Of a stretch of 64,000 nucleotides of DNA, positions 30,505 through 44,097 are shown piece after piece. The stretch lies in the NCBI GenBank assembly GCA_964016885.1, contig OZ024740.1, positions 81,220,001-81,284,000 of the forward strand, written 5' to 3'. The notes under the pieces were generated by a model. It was not told where the DNA came from. It searched no databases and was given only the letters and a program-made list of their open reading frames with translations. The DNA comes from Eledone cirrhosa (lineage: Eukaryota). Every line of letters starts with the position of its first letter. The first letter of the stretch is position 1. Position numbers and translations under genes: made by a program.

Positions 30505-31130
30505 CAAATAACGAAACGAAATTAAATTTCGTTTCGTTTGTAACTCACTTTTGTATGACTGACGCTTAAACAATTAAGTTAAAAGTGTACATCCACATAT
30601 GTATACTGAAATACTAGTATGCATATAAATACACACACGTATACATATGTACATGTACCGAGTTTTTCACTGGACACTTTACTGTGAGTGTCCAGCTAGT
30701 CTGTATGTAACCAAACAGACAAACCGGTTTTTAGAGTCATACGGGTTTTCAAGGAAACACCTTTCCTCTATTCTCCAGAGAGCCAGACAGGAATATTGGA
30801 CTAGTTTCGATGTTATTACATCTCATCAGCAATAAAATCCCATCTTCCGGCTTCTCTAGAGAATCGTAAAAGCATATATCGTTATATGCTTTTTCTATGA
30901 AAATTAGTAGTGGGCAGACTAATTTGCATAGAACGTGAGTACGCACCGGTTCAGCGGAAACGATAAAAACAAATAACGAAACGAAATTAAATTTCGTTTC
31001 GTTTGTAACTCACTTTTGTATGACTGACGCTTAAACAGTGAAAAACTCGGTACATGTACATATGTATACGTGTGTGTATTTATATGCATACTAGTATTTC
31101 AGTATACATATGTGGATGTACACTTTTAAC

Positions 31131-31137
<7 letters not shown>
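30501..31137. mobile_element. (TA)n-flanked cassette with A-B-core-A-B(inverted) architecture
   Basis: A 30501-30572 = 30966-31037 (direct). B 30572-30672 is the reverse complement of 31036-31136. Confidence 0.9.
30794..30834 (-). ncRNA. Canonical minimal type I hammerhead ribozyme
   Basis: Minus strand: tattg-CTGATGA-gatgt(aata)acatc-GAAA-ctag-TC-caata. Perfect stems, GUC site, palindromic ACTAGT. Confidence 0.93.
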
Positions 31138-31155
<18 letters not shown>

Positions 31156-31180
<25 letters not shown>

Positions 31181-33880
31181 ACAGGGAGAAAGTGACGATT
31201 ACTAGGAAGAAAAATATAATTTTTTCCTTTTTTGTTTCTCTCTATCTTTTTTCTGGGTTAGAAAATGATTAAAACGAAATGTTTTACTTTGTGTAAAGTG
31301 TTAATGTATTAGTTGATTTATTTAATTTTTAACAATGGCATTTATTTATCTATTTATATATTTAATTATTGTCTATTACCGGTTTCAGCATTTTTATGCA
31401 TTATCAAATAATAGTGAAATGTATTAGTGTGGTGTCACACATGTTAAAGAGAAGGTGCAGAAAGAATAATGCTATTTACAAACAAGGTTTATGAAGTGAA
31501 AAGAAAAAAGAAAAAAAGAAAAAAAACGGCTATAATGTAGGACAGAAAGTCAATGTGGAAGGAAAAATAATGTTATTTACAGGCATAGTTCTTGAAGTTA
31601 AGCAGATCAAAATGTGTTAATATAGCAAGAGTGTTTAGTTGATCGATGATTCCATGATGGAGGCAAATAGTGGACTGAGGTGCGATATGATTTCCCTTTT
31701 TAGAGAGTTAATATGCAGGGGGAACAATTCTTGCTGGATGATATTTAATTATTTAAGAAAAAGGATTAGGTAGGGTGTGAGGGAGGTAACTCTTGTAAAT
31801 GTTTGATTGTTTGTTGCAGTTTTAGATTGGTCCGATTTTTAGAGCATTAAGTAGAGAATGGAATTTGTTAATGAAATATATTTCCTTATTGGTATGTTGG
31901 ATGAAAGTAGCGTTGTCTATGAATTTGTAAATGGGGAAAATTTTAAAGTTTGGATGTTGGTTAGATGCACAATTGGCGATATGTTCACTAAACGCAATCT
32001 TTCTGTATTCCTCTATTTTGATTTGCGATCTATGGACGGTCATACGTTGTCGGAGGCTGTTTTTTGTCTGTCCTATGTAGTACTCTTGATAACCTGACCA
32101 GGTCAAAACATAGATTAGGTTTTCAGATGCACATGTAAAGTTGTGTTTAACTGTGAAATGTTGTTCTTGGTTAAAATGGAATGTTGATCCTTCTATTAGA
32201 TATATGCATATGCCACAGTTGGGCCTTCCATATTCTTTTACTGTAGGGTTCATTGTGAGGGTTGGTTGTATTTTGGCTTGTGTGAGGATGTTTTTTATGG
32301 ATTTAGGTTGTCTTTTGCTCTTTATGAAGTGTGTTTGGAGGATTTTGTTCATTCTTTGGTTTCTTTTTAATAAAGGAATGTTTTGGAGGATGGTGTCAAA
32401 TGCCTCAATGTTGAGGGGGTTGTGTGTGGAGATGTATGGTAGAGTTTTTTGTTGCGGTTCATTCCTGGGTTTGGGGTGTCTCAGTTCCTGAATGTCTAGT
32501 TTTAGGGCACGTTGGAATCCATTGTTGATTAGGGATGGTGGGTAGTATCTGCTGATAAGTGTGTTTTTTTAATTCTTCTAGTCGTGTGTAGCATGTGTAT
32601 TTATCTGAAACTATGGTGCAGATCCTTCTGGCTAGGTTATAAGGAATTGCCATTTTGGCGTGTCTAGGGTGGCACCAGTTGAATGGAAGGTATTGTTTGG
32701 AGTCTGTGGGTTTGTAGTATATGTCTGTTTCTATTTTGTTGCTTGTTTTCTTGATGCGGATGTCGAGGAAAAGGAGTTGTTCATGGCTGTAATCCATTGT
32801 GAATTGTAAGTTTGTGTTGAGTCCAATCAGAAGGCTTTTAGACTCAATCAGTCTATCTATACTTTCATGCCAGAGGATGAAGCATTCGTCCAGATATCTC
32901 TTCCAGTTATTTTCTATGTGTTGGTAGAAGTGGTTGCCGTATTTGTCTAGAACTTTGCGGTAGAGAGTGGTTTCCAGATATCCCATGACAAGGTTCGCGT
33001 ATCAGGAGGTCACCTTCGTGCCGATGGCAGTCCCAGATTTCTGTCTGTAGTATTTGGCATTGAATTCGAAGAAATTGTTTTCCAAGATGAATTTGAATCC
33101 CTCCAACACATATTCTTTAGGGATTCGCTGTGTGAGTTCACTAGGGAAATTTTCCACCCAGAATTGTATTGCCTCTATACCTATGTTGTGTGGGATATTG
33201 GAATATAAATTGATGACATCAAAGGTTACTAGTAGGGTATGTTCATTATTGAGTGTTGTTGGGAGGTGGTTGAGCATGTCAAGGTCGTCTCTTATGAAGC
33301 TTTTTATATGTTTTAGGAAAGGTTTAAGCAGAATATCAAGGAAGTTGCTTAGTCGGTGAGTTTCACATGTGGTGCATGCGATTATGGGTCTTAATTTAAG
33401 GTAATCAAGAGGGGCTATATTGATGTAAACGTCTGTGGTTTGCTTGCAGGCCCTACTTATTAATTCGCTTTTGTGTGTCTTGGGGATACCGTAGAAGAGG
33501 CTGGTTCTGCTTTTGAAATTGGTGATGTAGTTGTATTCCTTATCTGTCAGGCCTTCTGTGTAAAGAGTTGTTAGGGATTTTAGGTTTCTCATTATTTTCT
33601 GTTGTGTGTAGTGTTGGGCCTTTTCATAATATGTTTGGTTTTCTAGAGTTGAGAGTACTAGAGTTTTGTAATAATCTGTCTCCATAAGAAGTACTGCACT
33701 CCCTTTATCTGCCTCTTTGATTGTTAGGGTTTTCTCGTTTTTTTTAGACGGTTAAGACCATTCCATTCTTTTTTGCTTAGGTTTGGTTTTTGTTTATGTC
33801 TGTGTAGGTGGTGGTATGGGTAATTAGTAATGTGTTCCCAGAATTGATCGAGGAATATATTTTTGCCTTTTCGTGGGGTG
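31156..33880 (-). mobile_element. Penelope-like element, Neptune-like (RT, CxxC linker, GIY-YIG), disrupted
   Basis: LRPIIA, FDVINLYSNIP, QKSGTAIGT, RYLDECF, YYKPTD, GRPNCGIC, NLIYVLT..YYIGQT..LRQRMTVH. Confidence 0.95.
31373..31411 (-). ncRNA. Minimal hammerhead with U3-A8 core in the 3' pLTR of the Neptune-like PLE
   Basis: Minus strand: ttat-TTGATAA-tgcat(aaaa)atgct-GAAA-ccgg-TA-atag. Confidence 0.75.
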
Positions 33881-33901
33881 TATATATGTATATGTATATA
33901 T

Positions 33902-33966
<65 letters not shown>

Positions 33967-33967
33967 T

Positions 33968-34200
33968 AGAGAGAGAGAGAAAAAAGATGAAATCGAAAAT
34001 GTAACTGGAGTCTTATTTAAAAAAATATATATATATTTATTTGGTTCCTTTACCGATTTCGCAGTTATTCTACTTTTCAAAAGTAGAGTTGAGATGGAGG
34101 GTCTGTGGTTTTTCGATTTCATTTTTTTTTTCTTTATACTTTCACTCGTGTAGGGCACCTCGGTTATTTTTCATTTTGTAGAAAAAAACCTTACTTTCTG
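33968..34200. mobile_element. 'Family X' cassette with U3-A8 HHR at 34048-34083 (-)
   Basis: Minus strand: ctt-TTGAAAA-gtag(aataa)ctgc-GAAA-tcgg-TA-aag. Short inverted arm atgaaatcgaaaa / ttttcgatttcat. Confidence 0.8.
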
Positions 34201-34371
<171 letters not shown>

Positions 34372-34427
34372 TGTGTGTGTGTATATAAATAAATATACAC
34401 GGGTGTGTATGATTGTGTATAGAAGAT

Positions 34428-34864
34428 TATATTAATAAAAGGAATTCCAAATTTATCTGATTTACTCATTTTATTTACAATCCTTTAAAATTACAATGGT
34501 ATTAGAATGAAAAAGTATGGTAGAATATTAAATGGTAAGTGTTAATTGATCAAGTACTTTCATGCTTTCGAAATCTTCAGGTTCAAATTCTGTGGTGACA
34601 GTCAAGTTTGCAATTTTCAACTGTTGAACATTTTCACAGTTGGGAATTGCAAACTTGACTTTCACCACAGAATATGAACCTAAAGATTGCGAAAGCATGA
34701 AAGTACTTGTTCAATTAACACTTAACATTTAATATTCTACCATACTATTTCATTCTATTACCATTATAATTTTAAAGGATTAAAGGATTAATACCATTAT
34801 AATTTTAAAAGGATTAAAGTATTAAATAAAATGAGTCAATCAGACAAAGTTGGAATTCCTTTTA

Positions 34865-34870
<6 letters not shown>
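34428..34870. mobile_element. Fold-back cassette with inverted hammerheads (34546-34586 minus, 34674-34714 plus)
   Basis: Arms about 195 bp. Arm consensus ttgaac-CTGAAGA-ttgc(gaaa)gcat-GAAA-gtac-TT-gttcaa. Confidence 0.9.
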
Positions 34871-34924
<54 letters not shown>

Positions 34925-35764
34925 GAGGTTATAGTATAGTACTTTACTATTTTCATTGGTTAGATGAGACAATCTCAATGTACTTTACCGTCCTTTGTTC
35001 TTCTATGAATTGAAGATATTTCAGATAGCAGAGCTTTTAAAAATTAAATTTTAAGGATGTTAACGATAGGATAGTATTATTTATAATAATATCGCATCCT
35101 TTTGTGGAGAAACTGCAGATTACTAGTTAGCGATTAATTCCATAATGTCTGTTTTACCCTAAATGTATCTATATAGGAAACATATAGTAAAAAATAAGAA
35201 TAAATTAATATCCGAAGACAAAATTAAGTAAAAGAGAGGATTTAAAGTATGGAGCAAATTTATTAATTCATCAAATCCTCCAAGAGTGATTTCAAGACTC
35301 TGGATCAAGAACCTTAGTTTATTTATTAGAGAGAGTTTTGAACATATTTAGTAAATATTTAGTCAACGTCCCATGCAGACAGAGAAGAACAATTATATAT
35401 ATGGATTTAAGAATATTTTCACACATATATGATTATAGTTATCCATTATTTTTCTAATCAGTTTCTAAAGTAAATTTTTGTATTTGGAACGTTATTAATT
35501 TTATATATAACAACATTATATATATTGACCCGTGACACGAGTTTCGCAATCGATCACCTGAAATTAAGAATGGTACTGACTACAGCCGACACTGAAATTG
35601 ATTGCTCATCAGAGCATGATTAATGAGCTATCGATTACAGAGTCGGGCGTGATCCCTACCGATCGTAGTTTGGGCTGATCTATCGTGAAACGCATGTCAC
35701 GCCTAATTAAACATACTGATGTTATAATGATACTTTGTTCCTGTTCCTTATTATTACTATTATT

Positions 35765-35965
35765 AAGGGCGGTGGATCGGCAATATCGGTAGAGTGTCGG
35801 ACGCCATACTTTGCAGCCAAGAGTTACGGCCCTTTATGGTCTGAGTTCAAATCCCGCCGAGCTTAACTTTGCCTTTCATCCTTACTGGGTCGATAAAATA
35901 AAGTACCAGTAATACACTGGATTAATTGCTGGATTTGTGCCAAAAGTAGAAACAATTATTACTAT
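35765..35965 (+). mobile_element. tRNA-derived SINE with Meta-like central domain
   Basis: B-box gagttcaaatccc, then gcctttcatcc..gggtcgataaaataaagtaccag and an (ATT)n-like tail. Multiple copies in the window. Confidence 0.85.
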
Positions 35966-36364
35966 TATTAAGAAATTATTCTTACTATTATTATTAACAT
36001 TCTGTTAATACCAAATGTAGAATACCACATCAGCAGCCTGACTCATATTGGCATTGAGTGCTCAAACTGGTGAACCAATAGTAAATTAACGTTACAGACC
36101 AATATAATATATGATGTACTCTCCCAACGATTTCAACGTATGACGATCTGAACAATCTATACAGTTCATTCAGTTTGGATGTTCATATTGAACATAACAT
36201 TTTATAACTGCTAAAGATTTGCAAGTAAGACCATAATCATGCAAGGGTGAGCTTTAATGTATAATGTTGCTGTTATGTTTGATAATGCTTTTCTCCTCCC
36301 TCCTGCTTCGTATAGCCTATGGATACAACATAATTCTCTCCCCTACCTCTCTCTCTATCTCTCT

Positions 36365-36435
<71 letters not shown>

Positions 36436-36436
36436 A

Positions 36437-36468
<32 letters not shown>

Positions 36469-36624
36469 CTCTATCTTTCTCTATCTCTCTCTATATATAT
36501 ATATGTTTATATATATACTCCTACAAATAATTCTCTATCTTTCTCTCTTTCTCTCGCTCTCTCATATATACATATATAACAAACAAAGTGTGGTAAGGAA
36601 CCAGGTCGACCATAACACACCAGA

Positions 36625-39269
36625 GTACTCGATACTTAGGGTAGTAGAGTGGGTAACAGGTAATAGGAAAAGAGACAGGACCCCGACGTACTCGATACTT
36701 AGAGTATTAGAGTGGGTAACAGGTAATAGGAAAAGAGACAGGTCCCCGACATACTCGATACTTAGAGTATTAGAGTGGGTAACAGGTAATAGGAAAAGAG
36801 ACAGGACCCCGACGTACTCGATACTTAGAGTATTAGAGTGGGTAACAGGTAATAGGAAAAGAGACAGGACCCCGACGTACTCGATACTTAGAGTATTAGA
36901 GTGGGTAACAGGTCATAGGAAAAGAGACAGGACCCCGACGTACTCGATACTTAGAGTAGTAGAGTGGGTAACAGGTAATAGGAAAAGAGACAGGACCCCG
37001 ACGTACTCGATACTTAGAGTATTAGAGTGGGTAACAGGTAATAGGAAAAGAGACAGGACCCCGACGTACTCGATACTTAGAGTATTAGAGTGGGTAACAG
37101 GTAATAGGAAAAGAGACAGGACCCCGACGTACTCGATACTTAGAGTATTAGAGTGGGTAACAGGTAATAGGAAAAGAGACAGGACCCCGACGTACTCGAT
37201 TCTTAGAGTATTAGAGTGGGTAACAGGTAATAGGAAAAGAGACAGGACCCCGACGTACTCGATACTTAGAGTAGTAGAGTGGGCAACAGGTAATAGGAAA
37301 AGAGACAGGACCCCGACGTACTCGATACTTAGAGTAGTAGAGTGGGTAACAGGTAATAGGAAAAGAGACAGGACCCCGACGTACTCGATACTTAGAGTAT
37401 TAGAGTGGGTAACAGGTAATAGGAAAAGAGACAGGACCCCGACGTACTCGATACTTAGAGTAGTAGAGTGGGTAACAGGTAATAGGAAAAGATACAGGAC
37501 CCCGACGTACTCGATACTTAGAGTATTAGAGTGGGTAACAGGTAATAGGAAAAGAGACAGGACCCCGACGTACTCGATACTTAGAGTATTAGAGTGGGTA
37601 ACAGGTAATAGGAAAAGAGACAGGACCCCGACGTACTCGATACTTAGAGTATTAGAGTGGGTAACAGGTAATAGGAAAAGAGACAGGACCCCGACGTACT
37701 CGATACTTAGAGTATTAGAGTGGGTAACAGGTAATAGGAAAAGAGACAGGACCCCGACGTACTCGATACTTAGAGTATTAGAGTGGGTAACAGGTAATAG
37801 GAAAAGAGACAGGACCCCGACGTACTCGATACTTAGAGTATTAGAGTGGGTAACAGGTAATAGGAAAAGAGACAGGACCCCGACGTACTCGATACTTAGA
37901 GTATTAGAGTGGGTAACAGGTAATAGGAAAAGAGACAGGACCCCGACGTACTCGATACTTAGAGTATTAGAGTGGGTAACAGGTAATAGGAAAAGAGACA
38001 GGACCCCGACGTACTCGATACTTAGAGTATTAGAGTGGGTAACAGGTAATAGGAAACGAGACAGGACCCCGACGTACTCGATACTTAGAGTATTAGAGTG
38101 GGTAACAGGTAATAGGAAAAGAGACAGGACCCCGACGTACTCGATACTTAGAGTATTAGAGTGGGTAACAGGTAATAGGAAACGAGACAGGACCCCGACG
38201 TACTCGATACTTAGAGTATTAGAGTGGGTAACAGGTAATAGGAAAAGAGACAGGACCCCGACGTACTCGATACTTAGAGTATTAGAGTGGGTAACAGGTA
38301 ATAGGAAACGAGACAGGACCCCGACGTACTCGATACTTAGAGTATTAGAGTGGGTAACAGGTAATAGGAAAAGAGACAGGACCCCGACGTACTCGATACT
38401 TAGAGTATTAGAGTGGGTAACAGGTAATAGGAAAAGAGACAGGACCCCGACGTACTCGATACTTAGAGTATTAGAGTGGGTAACAGGTAATAGGAAAAGA
38501 GACAGGACCCCGACGTACTCGATACTTAGAGTATTAGAGTGGGTAACAGGTAATAGGAAACGAGACAGGACCCCGACGTACTCGATACTTAGAGTATTAG
38601 AGTGGGTAACAGGTAATAGGAAAAGAGACAGGACCCCGACGTACTCGATACTTAGAGTATTAGAGTGGGTAACAGGTAATAGGAAACGAGACAGGACCCC
38701 GACGTACTCGATACTTAGAGTATTAGAGTGGGTAACAGGTAATAGGAAAAGAGACAGGACCCCGACGTACTCGATACTTAGAGTATTAGAGTGGGTAACA
38801 GGTAATAGGAAAAGAGACAGGACCCCGACGTACTCGATGCTTAGAGTATTAGAGTGGGTAACAGGTAATAGGAAAAGAGACAGGACCCCGACGTACTCGA
38901 TACTTAGAGTATTAGAGTGGGTAACAGGTAATAGGAAAAGAGACAGGACCCCGACGTACTCGATACTTAGAGTATTAGAGTGGGTAACAGGTAATAGGAA
39001 AAGAGACAGGACCCCGACGTACTCGATACTTAGAGTATTAGAGTGGGTAACAGGTAATAGGAAAAGAGACAGGACCCCGACGTACTCGATACTTAGAGTA
39101 TTAGAGTGGGTAACAGGTAATAGGAAAAGAGACAGGACCCCGACGTACTCGATACTTAGAGTATTAGAGTGGGTAACAGGTAATAGGAAAAGAGACAGGA
39201 CCCCGACGTACTCGATACTTAGAGTATTAGAGTGGGTAACAGGTAATAGGAAACGAGACAGGACCCGAC
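36625..39269. repeat. Minisatellite, 42 x 63 bp, embedded in a 'family Y' cassette (36578-39352)
   Basis: Unit gtactcgatacttagagtattagagtgggtaacaggtaataggaaaagagacaggaccccgac, near-identical copies. Confidence 0.97.
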
Positions 39270-39644
39270 GGCTTAGCTCTGGATGTTCCGACACATAGAT
39301 CCGACCATCATCAGACGAAGCTCAGCCATCAGGGTCCTGACTCTTTTCCTATATATGTATATATATATCCTTATATATATATTCTCCCTCTCTCTCATAT
39401 ATATATAATAATTACAGTGATTAAAATCGAAGTTTCAGCTGTGATTAGTATTTTTCGAAATCAAACTTCTCTGGGCTGGCTAAAGCACTCAATAAGGTCA
39501 TATATATAAATCGATAAATTATAGCTCAGAGTAATAATAATACGTATGGGGTGGGACACAGTGAAAATTGTGACCAGAGACACGTTGCCACATCTCCACT
39601 ACAACAACGAAAATACAAAACAGGTTAAAGACGACACCATATAT

Positions 39645-39728
<84 letters not shown>

Positions 39729-39765
39729 GATAACAAGTTATCGCTTTAGGTAATCCAGTTCACTA

Positions 39766-39815
<50 letters not shown>

Positions 39816-39818
<3 letters not shown>

Positions 39819-39916
39819 CGTACGAACGCGCATGCGCAGAAACCCGGTCACTTCACACAGGCAATACTAGACTGCGTGCGAGACGTGTAAGGGAGATAAC
39901 TGTTGTGTAACCATTT

Positions 39917-39918
<2 letters not shown>
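39816..39918 (-). repeat. Solo pLTR fragment of the 47501-48965 PLE family
   Basis: Reverse complement of about 47503-47604, (TA)n-flanked. Confidence 0.85.
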
Positions 39919-39961
<43 letters not shown>

Positions 39962-39966
<5 letters not shown>

Positions 39967-40275
39967 CCCGAGGTATCCTACACGAGTGAAAGTATAAGGA
40001 ACACAGATGAAATCGAAAATGCAACTGGAGTCTTTTTTAAAAATAATATGTATTTATTTGGTTCATTTACCGGCTTCGCAGTTATTCTGCTTTTCAAAAG
40101 TAGAGTTGAGATGGTGGGTCTGTGGTTTTTCTCACACTTGTGAGAAAAACTACAGACCTTCCATCTCAATGCTACCTTTCAAAAGCAGAAGATCTGCGAA
40201 ACCGGTAAAGGAACCAAATAAAAATGTATTTAAAAAAAAAAAGACACAAGTTGCATTTTCGATTTCATCTTTTTT

Positions 40276-40280
<5 letters not shown>
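39962..40280. mobile_element. 'Family X' fold-back cassette with inverted decayed U3-A8 HHRs
   Basis: Arms centred at ctcacacttgtgag (about 40137). Inverted homolog of 47098-47445. Confidence 0.85.
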
Positions 40281-40312
<32 letters not shown>

Positions 40313-40449
40313 GCTGTGTAAAACATCTGATGTATTTACATTGAGCTACTTTTCTTACTGGTAATAAGGTGGTAATCAATTACTGACCTTTCTTGTCTAT
40401 AATTATATATAGTGTATATATAAGTATAAATAATATTATATATATATAT

Positions 40450-40638
40450 AACGAAGGAAATGTGGTAAGGAACCAGGTGGACCATAACGCACCAAAGTAC
40501 TCAATACGTAGGGTAGTAGAGTGGGTAATAGGAACAAGTAAGACCCCGACGGCTGAGCTCAAGCCGTTTCGACGGCTAATTCTGTACTGAATTAGCCGTC
40601 GAAACGGCTTGAGTTCAGCCGTCGGGGTCTTACTTGTT

Positions 40639-40677
<39 letters not shown>

Positions 40678-40781
40678 AAGGAAATGTGGTAAGGAACCAG
40701 GTGGACCATAACACACCAAAGTACTCAATACTTAGGGTAGTAGAGTGGGTAATAGGAACGAGTAGGTCCTACTCGTTCCTA
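40450..40781. repeat. Two adjacent 'family Y' fold-back cassettes (40450-40641 and 40673-40781)
   Basis: Same left terminus. Terminal hairpins of about 55-bp and 14-bp arms, both ending ttccta|(TA)n. Confidence 0.88.
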
Positions 40782-40807
40782 TATATATATATATATATAT
40801 ATATATT

Positions 40808-43256
40808 TAAAAGAATAGACGTGTAACACACAAGTTATGATATATTGGTAAACGGAAAAGAAAATGCTGACAAATTGTTCACAGTGAAAAATAGTTTAAT
40901 TAGGAATAAGTGAGAATTATTAATAGTATTGGTTAGTATTCAGTTTTGGTTTTAAGTTTTACAGGTTGCGCATTTCTAATGCTTTTCAAAAATAATTTTG
41001 AGATAGACAGTCCGTGATGTTTGCTTTAATCTGATTAGTTTTGGAAATTCAACCTGTTTTTATGTGAAAAAAGTGGCTCCAGAGGTATTAAAATAAGTTT
41101 CGGGGCAATTCGTGCTGCAAAAATTCTTGTGGTCAAAACAATTTTGATTGGTCGGTAGAGGTCATGTAAATGTTAAAAATTGATTTTGCGCCAAATGTAG
41201 GTTTGTGTGGGCTGATTGAGAAGTCACTGAAAAATAAGTCTTTCAAAATAAATATGTGTGTGTGTGTGTAGTAGTAGTAAAGAGGTTCGTGGTTGTGATA
41301 ATGTGTGTGCGAACCGCAGCCTGTTGACAGATCAAATGCCTATTAAGACAAGTGTGTGTGTGTGTGTGTGTGTGTGCGTTGGTGTATGTCTCTTTGTATG
41401 TTAATGTACGCGTGTGTATGTGTGTGTGTATATATGTGTGTGTGTGTGTGTGGGGGTGGACCAGTATTTATTTTTGTGATACAGGTAAATTGGTGTACAT
41501 TATTCGATATTTTCAGTAAAAATGATTCTCTCAATAGAACATCAAAAACCTTAATAATAAAAGGTGTGAAATGATATATAGTATTGGCATAATACCAAGG
41601 TGTGTGTGAGTGTCCAGATTGTACGTACTGCAAGAGGAATCCATTAGGCCTTGCCGTATTGGAATACTTGTGTACAAATATGTATGTGCCCATCAGTATG
41701 CAATGCATGTGTGCGTTTATGTATGTGTGTGTGTCGGCACGTTTATATCTATAGACATCAAAAGGTATGCATATTTGTGTATATTTGTGTAGCACCATAG
41801 AACATGTTTGTTTACGTATGCCATTGTGTTTATATGTGGATAGAGATGTATGCTGATGTAGGTATGTATGTTGACGTGTGTATGTCGTGGGTTCGTCTTA
41901 GGGAGAAGTGTTTAGACGGGGTCCGTATTTGTTAATAAAGTAAGATTCCTTGCTGATGCGCTGGGTGTGGGTGGCATTATCTTTAAATTTGTAGAGGGGA
42001 AAGATTCTGAAGTTGGGATGATTTTGGGCGGCACAGGTATCAATGTGTTCACTCAGCGGTATTTTCCTGTATTCCCGTATTTTAATTTGGGATCTATGGA
42101 CAGTCATGCGTTGGCGGAGGCTGTCTTTGGTCTGGCCTATGTATTGTTCTCGACAACCTGAGCAAGTTAATACATATATTAGATTTTCTGATGCGCATGT
42201 GAAATTCTGTTTTACTATAAAACGTTGTCCTTCTTTGAAATAGAATTCCGAACCCTCTATTAGGTTGATGCATATGCCACAGATGGGTCTATCACATTTC
42301 TTTTACTGTGGGTTTCGTTGTTGTGGTTGGCAGTACTTTGGCATGTGTTAGTATCTTTTTCATTGACTTAGATTGTCTTTTGCTCTTTATGATATCGTGT
42401 GTTCTTCGGATTTGGTTCATTCTATGGTCCTTTTTCAACACAGGGATGTTCTGGAGGATGGTGTTAAAGGCCTCATTGTTGAGGGTGTTGTGTGTGGAGA
42501 TGTATGGAAGAGCTTTTAGTTTCTGTTGATTTACTTTAGGGTGTCTAAAGTCCTGGGTACTGAGTTTTAGGGCACGTTGAATTCCATTGTCAATTAGTGA
42601 TGCAGGGTAGTCCCTGCCTATGAGTGTGCCCTTTAGTTCTTGCAGCCGTAAGTAGCAGGTATTTTTATTGGAGACTATAGTACAGATTCTCTTGGCTAAG
42701 TTGTAGGGAATATTAATTTTAACGTGTCTAGGGTGGCAAGAGTTGAAAGGAAGATATTGCTTGGAGTCTGTAGGCTTGTAGTATATGTCTGTTTCTATTA
42801 TTTTGTTATGGATCTTAATGAGGATGTCGAGGAAGGGGAGTTGTTGATGGCTGTATTCCATCGTGAAGTTAATATTCGTGTTGAGCCCATTTATAAGGGT
42901 GCGAAATTCTTAAATTTCTCGATGTTTTCGTGCCAAAGGATGAAGCAGTCATCTAGATATCGCTTCCAGTTCCTTTCTATCTGTAAGTGTTTTCTATGTT
43001 TTTCCAAATTTGTTTAGGACTTTAGTGTAGAGGGTGATTTCCAGGTATCCCATGACTAGGTTGGCATAAGTGGGGGCTGTTTTCGTTCCCATTTCTGCCT
43101 GTAGGGTTTGTTATTGAAAACGAAGTAATTGTTCTCCAAGATAAATTTGAGTCCCTCTTTCACGAATTCTTTTTAATGCGTTGTGGGAATTAATTGTGGT
43201 AATTATGAAACCAGATTTGGATAGCTTCTATTCCTAGGTTGTGGGGGATGTTGGAG

Positions 43257-43258
<2 letters not shown>
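40808..43258 (-). mobile_element. Neptune-like PLE remnant with decayed U3-A8 HHR at 40957-40992
   Basis: MGTKTAPTYANL, RYLDDCF, YYKPTDSKQYL, NLIYVLTCSGC..YIGQT. HHR ttt-TTGAAAA-gcat(tagaa)atgc-GCAA-cctg-TA-aaa. Confidence 0.92.
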
Positions 43259-43290
<32 letters not shown>

Positions 43291-43301
<11 letters not shown>

Positions 43302-43422
43302 TTTATACTTCTATATACACTATATATAATTATAAACAAGAAAGATCAGTAATTGATTACCACCTTATAACCAGTAAGAAAAGTAGCTCAATGTAAATAC
43401 ATCAGATGCTTTACACAGCCGG
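43291..43422. repeat. Inverted copy of 40309-40441; its last ~22 bp recur at about 45973-45994
   Basis: Direct sequence comparison (atcagatgctttacacagccgg). Confidence 0.85.
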
Positions 43423-43525
43423 ATATATATATATATATATATATATGTGTAGGTGTGTGTGTGTGTGTGACTATATATGTATGTGTGTATATGTGTATGT
43501 ATGTATATGTATGTGTGTGTACATG

Positions 43526-43657
<132 letters not shown>

Positions 43658-43874
43658 TATATGTGTATGTGTATCTCTATTTATGTGTGTATATGTGTAT
43701 ATGTATATACCTTTTTCTTTGTATGTCTGAGTTGTGTGAGAGTGTAGTGGTGTTTGTATGTATTTACGGATATATGGATGCATATGTATTTGTATATATG
43801 CGTATATGTAAGTGCGTATGTGTGTGTGAATATATATCTATGTCTATGTATGAGTATGTATGTGTGTGTATGTA

Positions 43875-43905
<31 letters not shown>

Positions 43906-44097
43906 TTGTATGTATATGTGTGTATATATATGTATGTATGTTTGTATGTATATGTGTGTATATATATGTATGTGTATGTCTGTATGTATATAAGTATGTA
44001 TGTGTATGTATATGTGCGTGTATGTGTATATATATGCTTGTGTGTATATATATGTGTGTGTGTATATATGTGTATGTATGTGTGTATATATATATAT

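Noticed and set aside
36625-39269. CRISPR-like array
   Set aside because: No unique spacers, no cas genes, eukaryotic context.
36257-39298. 1013-aa (+) and 793-aa (-) ORFs with 21-aa repeats
   Set aside because: Artefact of a stop-free 63-bp (3n) minisatellite. The N-terminus is microsatellite and the unit derives from a non-coding repeat family.
39270-39330. CTGATGA on the minus strand in the hairpin after the minisatellite
   Set aside because: No properly placed GAAA or stem II. At best a heavily decayed HHR.
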